From: Octopus bimaculoides
Taxonomy: Eukaryota
DNA: 44,268 nt
Assembly (NCBI RefSeq): GCF_001194135.2
Contig: NC_068984.1
Location: 71,428,838 to 71,473,105 of the forward strand
Direction of reading: 5' to 3'
The first letter of the stretch is position 1, and every line of letters starts with the position of its first letter. The notes below the pieces were generated by a model that was given only the letters and a program-made list of their open reading frames with translations, searched no databases and had not been told where the DNA came from. Made by a program: the position numbers and the translations under genes. Shown piece after piece: positions 34,995-44,268 of the stretch.

Positions 34995-36306
34995 CTGTGT
35001 TTCAAAAACAGTTGATATTATTGAGATGTTAATATCACCGAGACTATAAAGTCATAGTAAATGAAACAAAGCAGGCTTAATGTTGAGCAGCATATGGTTT
35101 CTTCCGCCAAATTGGAATGAGAAATTCATAGGTATGTGGATTCCATGAGCGATTTCACAAAGGTTCAGTAAGCGCACCGCTTGAGACACGACACGCGTCA
35201 AGTTGGTAGCCCATTTCCCAAACACGCTGCAGTATGTCTTGGGTAACAGTCTCCAGTTTGTCAATGATTCTCTGATCGAGTTCCACTAGGTTTGCAGGAA
35301 AATGGAAGATTCAGATCAGGCCCTTCACATAGCCCCAGAGAAAAAGAATCGCAAGGTATCAGGTCAGGCGAACGTGGCGGCCATTTCAACAGCATATTAT
35401 CTCCCTCGCAGATTATCATTGAAATAAGCCCCCACAGTGAGATTCCAGTGCCCCGTCCCGTTGAATAATGAAGTCTCCATGTTCATTTGCAATGTGCTCA
35501 TACATTTTCAGATAAATATTGCTGATCACATTTCCCTCAAAGGAAAACAGGCCATGAAAATGCTTCTTGGTGAAGGCACAGAACACATTCACATTTGGTG
35601 AGTCCCTTACATGCTCAACTGGGGTATGGTGATTTTATTCACTCTAAATGTGAACATTATGCTTATTGACTTTGCCATTCGTATGAAATGTGGCCTCATT
35701 ATTGAAAACAAGACTTCGTTCAACTCGGGTTCTTCAAGTTTCTCTTGAATATCAACACAGAATTCTTTGCGCTTTCACTTGCCAACTGCCGTTATGGCCT
35801 GAACGAGCTGCAGCTTATAGCATTTCATTCGCAAGCGTTTGCTCAGGACAAGTCAAACTGTCGTTGAAGGAATCTGGGTTCTCAGACTTGTTCTTCTCAT
35901 GGACTTCTTGGGCGTCGCAAGAGTTTTTTGGCGAACCCGCTCGACTGTCTCTTCCGATGTTAGCTGTCGTCCTAAACCTTCTGCCCTGCACAGACAGCCT
36001 TCCTCTTTCAATTTGTTTTTGCTGTCTGTCCAAATCTGCGTTGCCATTGCTGACTTTTTTTGTAGATCTCTTTCACAAATGCACGCTACGCAATCTTGTT
36101 CGACTGTGTTCGGGAATATCCCAACACACAAAACGCCATTTCTCTTCCAGTAAATGACATTTCAATACCTTAAAAGATAAACATATCAAACATTAAACGT
36201 AAATGTTTGAATTGTTTCAACACATGCTGTTAAAATTTGAAGTCACCTGAACAAGAACTGGCAAAGGTATTGCAAAATGATGTCATTTTAAAAAAAAAAC
36301 ATTCTG
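34995..36306 (-). mobile_element. Near full-length Tc1/mariner element (rosa/DD41D-like, DUF4817-type HTH); transposase pseudogene 36160-35155
   Basis: MSFTGREMAFCVLGYSRTQS..GCLCRAEGLGRQLTSEETVERVRQ..PKKSMRRTSLRTQIPSTTV..KRLRMKCYKLQLVQA..NEATFHTNGKVNKHNVHI..RDSPNVNVFCA..IQRDGA..WPPRSPDLIPCD..LWGYVK..ILQRVW..LDACRVSSGALTEPL*. About 1.31 kb, bounded by TA and degraded TIR-like ends. Confidence 0.92.
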
Positions 36307-38489
36307 TATGTAACTAAATAAGTGGCTTGACTAATGAATGGATGGACTACGAAATTGATGGATAATGGTTATGTACTGGACACCATAGTGTCCAAAGGCT
36401 GTGGCGTCATGTAACTACGCTCCAGTTGTATGTATATAAAGTGCATAGTGCTTATACTCCAAGTGCTTAGACTCCAAGAAAAATTGTCTCTTGCAAAGTT
36501 ACGCTATCATCCTTTTACAATGAACTAATTCTACTTGCGGTGTAATACTAACGTCGGATTATATCTTTGTAGGTGATGACAACCAATGAGGTTAACTGTA
36601 GTTGAATGGATTATTTCATCACACTTCTCGTATAGTTGACGATATTTCTGAACAACAATATCAGTAGATTTGCTGCTTTCACATTATCATATAATTAAAA
36701 TGGTTTATGTTTAATAAAAAAATTCTCCTTATTCATCACTTCATGAATTTTCAACTAATTTATACCTGATAATATGAAACAACAAAAACCCATAGAAATA
36801 AAGCAATATTATTATATGAGCTCTTACCAATTGGCAACAGCTTTCCTTCCCGCTAAAAGCATTCGAATTTGGAGACACAGAGACGAAATAATATATTGAT
36901 ATCAAAATCTGCACTGTGTAAGAAAACCGAATACATAGAAAATCCATGCCCTGCTTTCTATATTCATTCATCGTTTTCGTCTGTGATAAACAAAACATGC
37001 ACACATACATACACACTCACCGTGAATCCCTCGCATATCAGATTATATCTATTGACGTAGCAATCAAAAGGTAATAACACTTGCCAATACACGTCCAAAG
37101 TTCTAATAATGTTACCCGAGTTACTGGCTTGATTGCATTCCCTTCATTTACTTCTCAGGCTCCGTATTTCGTAGAGTTGGCAATAACATTATTGTGTGTT
37201 ACTTTTATGCCTCATCCCTTATACCTCCACGAATAAAAAAGCCACGATATTTTGGATGTAATAAACATCAGGAAGGTTTTGCCATCACACCGAAATAAAA
37301 GAAATTACTGAAAATGTTGATAGTTCCACACTTAGTGGTAATTAATGCTTTTGCAACATTTGGAACAACTCTGCATCTTGAAAGAAATATTACAACACAA
37401 TCGTCTCGAAAATTAGGATATATATTTAGTTTCCATGGAGTAAGGAAGTGTGATTGGCACAATATGCTGACACATGTTAACCATTACCTTTTAATTTCGT
37501 GCCTTGTCGGAAGGATGTAACTGTCCCTTTTCGCGATAAATAGGTGTCTTCACTTCAGAGCCACTTGCATCCCTCAGTCAGAGATCCGATGCTTTTGACA
37601 TGTATATCTTTTTACCACCGATTGGGAAACTGCTATCTTTGAGTGCTGATGCCTTCTGCTTGCTGGTCTGCACTCAGCAGATTTCGCTTCATGGGAATTT
37701 CCTGTAAATAGATAACGAAGAAAGAAGGATAGAAGAAGATAATAACGTTATCGTGCATAGTCAATACATTCCACGAAATCATACATTTGCAACAGACATT
37801 ATAATACGATATTAAAGAAGTTATTACAGGAAAATAAAGTTAGAGAAATGTACAGTAATATTTAGGTTTCTGAAATTTGAAATGCCTTTATTCTCACTTG
37901 TTTTTTTAACAATTGAATCATAATTACACATTCAAATATGTTCACGGATTTATATTTATTACCATTTTCAAACTGTGAATTGATAAGTGAGAGATTACGC
38001 ACATTTTGTTATATGCTTATTTAGCTCTTTCAATTTTTTGTTTTCTAACAAACTGTTTCTTTCAACTGTTATCACGTTTCCTACTTTGTCACGTTTCATA
38101 CTTTACCATCCTACCATTCTATGTGAAAATGATGTGGGACGGGATAAGAAAAAATGTGATAGTTTCGTTTGTTTAGGGATGATAAAAAAGCAAATGATAA
38201 ATATGTAACATCTAGAATCCAGAGGGGTCTTTTTTCAACTGAAGATATTGCACATGAAGCTATTTTAGTTCTTGGGAGTAAAAAGGTGTAACGTAGAATC
38301 CGTGTTTTGTATTTAGAAATGGGTGGATAAATAGTAAAATGTCGGCGTCTGCCAACTAATAACTGATCACCGATATTCGTTTTTATAAAAAAACAGTTAT
38401 TTAGATGTTGATAACTTGACAATGAGACAATCTCATTGACAATGCGCCCGAACCTGATATTCTCTCTTTCCCTATTTTTCACTTATATA

Positions 38490-38575
38490 TATATATAGAT
38501 ATATACTAATACATCCTTTTGTTATTTACACCACCTGTCCTCGTCTGTTGTGGGTTTTTTCGTATATTCTCCCAT
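38490..38575 (+). mobile_element. Interspersed repeat family C, truncated copy abutting (TA)n
   Basis: tactaatacatccttttgttatttacaccacctgtcctcgtctgttg..tatattctccca is the reverse complement of 30095-30160. Confidence 0.8.
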
Positions 38576-39720
38576 ATATATATATATATATATATATANN
38601 NNNNNNNNNNNNNNNNNNNNNNNNNNNNNNNNNNNNNNNNNNNNNNNNNNNNNNNNNNNNNNNNNNNNNNNNNNNNNNNNNNNNNNNNNNNNNNNNNNNN
38701 NNNNNNNNNNNNNNNNNNNNNNNNNNNNNNNNNNNNNNNNNNNNNNNNNNNNNNNNNNNNNNNNNNNNNNNNNNNNNNNNNNNNNNNNNNNNNNNNNNNN
38801 NNNNNNNNNNNNNNNNNNNNNNNNNNNNNNNNNNNNNNNNNNNNNNNNNNNNNNNNNNNNNNNNNNNNNNNNNNNNNNNNNNNNNNNNNNNNNNNNNNNN
38901 NNNNNNNNNNNNNNNNNNNNNNNNNNNNNNNNNNNNNNNNNNNNNNNNNNNNNNNNNNNNNNNNNNNNNNNNNNNNNNNNNNNNNNNNNNNNNNNNNNNN
39001 NNNNNNNNNNNNNNNNNNNNNNNNNNNNNNNNNNNNNNNNNNNNNNNNNNNNNNNNNNNNNNNNNNNNNNNNNNNNNNNNNNNNNNNNNNNNNNNNNNNN
39101 NNNNNNNNNNNNNNNNNNNNNNNNNNNNNNNNNNNNNNNNNNNNNNNNNNNNNNNNNNNNNNNNNNNNNNNNNNNNNNNNNNNNNNNNNNNNNNNNNNNN
39201 NNNNNNNNNNNNNNNNNNNNNNNNNNNNNNNNNNNNNNNNNNNNNNNNNNNNNNNNNNNNNNNNNNNNNNNNNNNNNNNNNNNNNNNNNNNNNNNNNNNN
39301 NNNNNNNNNNNNNNNNNNNNNNNNNNNNNNNNNNNNNNNNNNNNNNNNNNNNNNNNNNNNNNNNNNNNNNNNNNNNNNNNNNNNNNNNNNNNNNNNNNNN
39401 ACACACACATATATATATATATATACACATACATACATATATATACACACTCATACGTCCACATTTATACATATGTACATACGTACCCACGCATATACAA
39501 ATATACACATGTGTGCGTGTCCCCATATACACATATGTATCCATCTACATATACACACATGTATAAATAGAAATAGATTCATGCACATACACATAGCTAT
39601 ACATCTACGCCTATTACCTAATAAAATAAACAGATTATATATATATATATCTGCTTGTGTGTGAGAGAGTGTATGTGTATGTGTATGTTGTGTGTGCGCA
39701 CGCGTCTCTGTGTCTGTGTC
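38575..39720. other. (TA)n, assembly gap (N 38599-39400), then CA/TA/GT-rich low-complexity sequence
   Basis: Directly visible. Confidence 0.97.
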
Positions 39721-40004
39721 TGCATGTATAATTGTTGAAAACACTACGACATTTCACCTAAACCTATATTTGTTAATACATTTTGCATTAAAGTTCTATG
39801 TAGAATCTGAAAACCTGCAAAAAAGTAAAGCGACTTCCACACACATTAGACAATTGAAAGCAATTCTTGATGCATGTAATGATCTATTTTTTCGTTTGCA
39901 TTGATAGTCTTATAAAATATAGTATTTATGAAAATGTATCTGCCTTATTCCCAACAACACATTAAGTATTCATGAAAACTAATTTCATTCTATTCGTTGT
40001 GCAG

Positions 40005-40056
40005 GCAGGGGTCGAATATGCCATGTCTGCTATTATGATTACATTGATCACTTTTG
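40005..40056 (+). CDS. Candidate short exon (AGVEYAMSAIMITLITF), hydrophobic, with non-canonical GC donor
   Basis: Acceptor aatttcattctattcgttgtgcag| and a transmembrane-like peptide. The donor would be TG|GCAAAT; otherwise the frame stays open to about 40140. Confidence 0.2.
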
Positions 40057-40489
40057 GCAAATACTTGTATATTTTGGCGAGGAATAACTTCAGTGTGGGA
40101 AAGAAGATTTATAAAAATATATACAATACTTCCTGTTAGTTTTTTTTGTATTATTCATTTCTTTATCCATTAGAATTGGTTTCATTCACACTTCTATCAA
40201 ATTAACAATCGATCTTTCTAGCATTTCTATAATAACATTTCAAATATTTGCTTTCCCGAGGTGATTGTTTGAAACATTTATCTGTGCTTTTTTTCATATG
40301 CTCTCTCTTCTATTTTATGAATTTCTTTAATGGAGAAACTTAACCTAAAGAAAATCTTCTTCATTGGTTCCTTGCATGTATTCATATTGAAATTTCTTCA
40401 ACATTGAATATGTAATGATTCTTTACTGCTTAACATTTTCCACATCATTGATTCAAAATGAAATCTATAATAACAAGACATTTTACTGA

Positions 40490-40680
40490 AAATCGCACAC
40501 GCACGCATACACATACACACAAACACACGCACACACACATATACAGATATATAGAAAAACATATATGTGTACATATATATGTATATATATGTTTATAGAC
40601 AGATATATATAAACACACATGCAAACATGCATACATATATACATACACACACACACACACACATACGTGTATATATATAT
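40490..40680. repeat. (CA)/(TA) low-complexity microsatellite
   Basis: Directly visible. Confidence 0.92.
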
Positions 40681-41699
40681 AATCTTAAGAAATATTTAAG
40701 AGATAAAATTCAACGCATATCCCTATAGAAAAATACAAAAGCGTAATTGTTTCTTTAATTCTAGAAAAGAATTTCATTGAAATTAGCTATTCTCTTACAT
40801 ATTTTTTTCAAGTTAGTATTTCAATCAGGTTCCACATAACTAATGTCTTCGAAAATACGATCTCTATTGTCCAATTCAAGCAATAGTGAAAACGTAGGCT
40901 TTGTTTGGGATCACAAACAGGTTAAAATAGATTTTCCTTTTCAACGCATATTTAGCTTCTTTTTTTTAATGAATCAAGTGAGAAAAACTCAATAGATTTC
41001 TAAGTGAAATTAATCAAGTGTGATGATGAAATCCTAACCCTAGGATAAACGTGTGCTTTCAATAAAGCATTTGCAATGTAAGGATAGCGTCCTGAATTAT
41101 CCGTAATCAATGCCTTTATAAATATATAACTCTCTGCTAATTTTTTTTTATTTTTAGTTCTTTAAACTGAAAGTATATTCTCAGTGATATCTAGTTGAGT
41201 TTTAATTGTATAAGTCATATGTTCACTTAATTCTAAAAGGGTTAACTGAGTTACTACTCAAATTTGAACAAAGTGTTGTATAAAAAATTACGTTCCAAAA
41301 TGAAATATAGATGCATAGTTGTTTATGGGTCTATTAACTAAATGTACCAAATGAAAATCCATTGTACAAATCAAATCGTTGCATATAAATATTTTGAAAG
41401 CAATATATTTTGCCAAAATATTGCACAACAGTATTTTCCGAAGGTAGTATGTTCACAATAATGTAAATCTCTTTAGTTATCTACAATAACATTTTTTTCA
41501 TTTCCATTATCAATAATGAAAACTGCAAACAGAGAAAGCCATGGTTTTCCATGCTGTTAATATATTAAGTTTGAAGATTATATCACAATCAAATGTGAGT
41601 TGTATATGCTGTCATTTCAAGTCACGTTCTTTCGTTTTAATTCATTAATTTTTATGATGAAAAAGGGTGGGTTCAGAGAGGACGGACGTTTTTCAAATG

Positions 41700-42350
41700 A
41701 CTATTACTCAGTCCCAGGGGGAGGAACATATGTCCAACAGGTACCATTCGGTCAGTGGTGTCTTTTGTTTTTCTTTTCAGGTGCAGCCATGGTGCTGTGG
41801 GCGATAGAGCATTGCGTGTTTGCCTAGGAAACTTACGTGAATAAAAGATTAGTCTGTTACAGCAGTTGAGCGTGAGGTTCGGTGCCACTTCAACATTCAC
41901 CGCAATTAGGCTGTCCGCCTCCATAACACAATCTTACGTTCGGTGAATTCACTCCTTACGCGAGGTACACTAATGAATAGGAGACCGGTGGGGGCGTCAC
42001 GAACGTTACAGACATTTGCGGAACGCGTCAGACAAGCTTTGATATGAAGTCCGACTCGTCCTGCTCGGAGGCATTCCATTGAACTTGGTATCGGTAATCG
42101 ATCGGTAATACGTATTTTGCATGAAGACCTGTATTTCCACCCGTACAAATTAGTCATTGGACAACAGTTGAAACCTTGGGGCTTTGCACGTCAGATGGAG
42201 CAAATTTTGAGGCAAATGACAACGTCATTTTGCTAATGAGTGATGAAGCTTATTTTCATCTCAGTGGTAGGGTGAATCAACAGAACTGTCGTTATTGGGC
42301 TCTTGAAAATGTGAGAGAACTGCACGAAAGACAACTGCACAGCCCAGAGA
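41700..42350 (+). mobile_element. Tc1/mariner (rosa/DD41D-like, DUF4817 HTH) 5' fragment; transposase pseudogene from ATG 41789
   Basis: MVLWAIEHCVFA*ETY..SVTAVEREVRCHFNIHRN..ERVRQALI*SPTRPARRHSIELGIGNRSVIRILHEDLYFHPYKLVIGQQL..LMSDEAYFHLSGRVNQQNCRYWALENVRELHERQLHSP, truncated at the (GATA)n tract. Confidence 0.92.
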
Positions 42351-42354
42351 TTGA

Positions 42355-42490
42355 GAGGGCATATGAAAGAAAGTACATAGATACATAAATAGATATAGAT
42401 AGATAATTAGAGAAATTGATAGATAAATAGATAGATAGATAAATACATACATGTATGCATAGAAAGAGAAGGAGAGAAAAAAGAGAGAGT
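42355..42490. repeat. (GATA)/(GA)-rich microsatellite
   Basis: Directly visible. Confidence 0.9.
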
Positions 42491-42864
42491 TTATAGTACA
42501 AACGATAAAAAATATAACCATTTCAATTTTCAAATATCTTCTAATTATGACGTAATCATCTTGTAGAACTGTTGCTATTGCTTCAGAGGTGGTACGATGA
42601 CATCAGCGTATGTAAAAAAATAATCAATAATATATTTCTACGGTTCCAATAAGAAGATAAGACATTTGTGATTCAACTCCATTTCAAATAATTCCATAGG
42701 AGTTGAAAGAAAGGCACTGGATTTTGAAAAGTATATGAGTTTAATAGGTTCCAATACAAAGTGGCATAATTTACCGCAACTAGATATATTAGGTAAAGTT
42801 GTTGTGACTCCCACGCGCGTGCATACAGCTATGTCCACGTACATTACCTATAAAATGAGTGAAG

Positions 42865-43000
42865 ATATATATATATATATTTGCTTATATGTGTATACAT
42901 GCATACGTACATACATATTTACATACACACACACACACACACATATATGCACACGCACACATACACAATCACACGCATACGCGCACACATATGCATGTAT
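42865..43000. repeat. (AT)/(CA) microsatellite
   Basis: Directly visible. Confidence 0.9.
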
Positions 43001-43714
43001 ATCAATACCATTTAAAATAGAAGGCAGGTGTAAAATAGTTCAAGATACGCACAATAATATAGACATACGTATTTTAGGTTTCATTTCACCAGAAATGGAT
43101 ACCGTTTCTCGTAGATAATCGTATTTAAAATTACATTGCACTGCTATTTGCAAGCGGGAGACCGATCACGATACAATTATCATTAGACATTATACACGCC
43201 GAGTTGACATCAATTTTTAAAATGTCCCGAAAATTATCAAAGCCAAGACAAGATTCAAGATAATGCAAAGACTATTTTCTATGTCTAAAATCTATATTTT
43301 AAATGTTTCCGTATTTAGCCTCAAATATTAACTAGGATGTATAATAACATTATTGAGAAGAATGAGTATTTTGCAGATGTAACACAATAGAAATAATGTG
43401 AATTTTTGAATGGCACATTCATATCCTGCGCGTCATTTCTGTTAGGATGGTAACGCATTTTACTACAAATATGTATATCGAATTTTAATATAGAAACATT
43501 AAATAACTTATAAGAGTATACACAATTTAGGGTTGCTACCGGTATTTGTTGTCAGTAATGTGTGTATAGGTCTTTAAAAAGCTGAAATAAACGAAAACTA
43601 ACCAAAGCACCGAGATATTTCAAATAATATGAACTTAGATACGAATTCAATTTGAAATGATTACGTACCCGTCATCGTTACCATTAGCACTGATAAACTG
43701 ACATTAGTACTAAA

Positions 43715-43793
43715 CACAAACGCACACACACGCAAACACACACACACACAGATACACACAAATATATGTGTATATATGTATGTAAGTATATAT

Positions 43794-43838
<45 letters not shown>

Positions 43839-43965
43839 TACATATAGGTGCAAATAAGTACTTATATACGTATATATACATATATGTGTATATAACATCA
43901 TATTTATATATATATATATATATACATGCATATATACATGCATATATACATATTCACAAAAACAT
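43715..43965. repeat. (CA)/(TA) microsatellite
   Basis: Directly visible. Confidence 0.93.
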
Positions 43966-43969
43966 GTAG

Positions 43970-44068
43970 GTAAACTTTACCGTATTCCCGAGCGTCATAC
44001 TAATATATACTTTTGTTATTTACACCACCTGCCCTCGTCTGTTGTTATTATTTGTATATTCTCCCATA
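43970..44068 (+). mobile_element. Interspersed repeat family C, truncated copy abutting (TA)n
   Basis: ttcccgagcgtcatactaatatatacttttgttatttacaccacctgccctcgtctgttg..gtatattctccca. Confidence 0.82.
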
Positions 44069-44268
44069 CATATATATATATATATATATATATGCGTATA
44101 AAAACATGTATATACATATGCATATATATGTATATATATATGTATTTTAAATGTTCTATATTTTACACAGCCTTGGTTTGTTTATCTCATTACGAAAAGT
44201 AAATCTTTTTATTAATATATGTATATGTGTATATATTTACATATATATTTATATATATATATGTATAT
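44068..44268. repeat. (TA)-rich microsatellite / low complexity
   Basis: Directly visible. Confidence 0.9.

Noticed and set aside
35690-36157. 155-aa plus-strand ORF
   Set aside because: Antisense shadow of the minus-strand transposase pseudogene.
38506-39664. The longest ORFs in the track (312-381 aa), and those at 8069-8680
   Set aside because: They span N-gaps; the length is an artefact of X residues.

Overview
This is an AT-rich eukaryotic (animal) genomic window with five N-gaps and many compound microsatellites. The repeat content resembles what I recall of Octopus genomes (coleoid cephalopod); this is an inference, not a database result. Most of the window looks intronic or intergenic. 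The only coding sequences I can identify with confidence are four decayed DNA-transposase remnants: a mariner with an internal deletion (8.6-9.0 kb, +), a SPIN/GTF2IRD2-type hAT (20.7-21.35 kb, -), a near full-length 1.3-kb rosa/DD41D-like Tc1/mariner with degraded TIRs (35.0-36.3 kb, -), and a 5' fragment of a second rosa-like element (41.8-42.35 kb, +). There are about a dozen tRNA-derived SINE copies or fragments from at least two families, including one intact 384-bp copy with a perfect 12-bp target-site duplication. Most worth following up: (i) a four-copy repeat family carrying a minimal type-I hammerhead-ribozyme-like fold with a shared A6->U core variant; (ii) two head-to-head SINE pairs that could form dsRNA; (iii) a degenerate satellite with a conserved CTAATCACGTG motif; (iv) a tRNA-like A/B-box unit lacking the anticodon arm; (v) several phase-compatible candidate micro-exon chains of an unidentified host gene. 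No host gene could be named. No CRISPR, rRNA or intact tRNA gene was seen, and I found no clear new multi-gene system.
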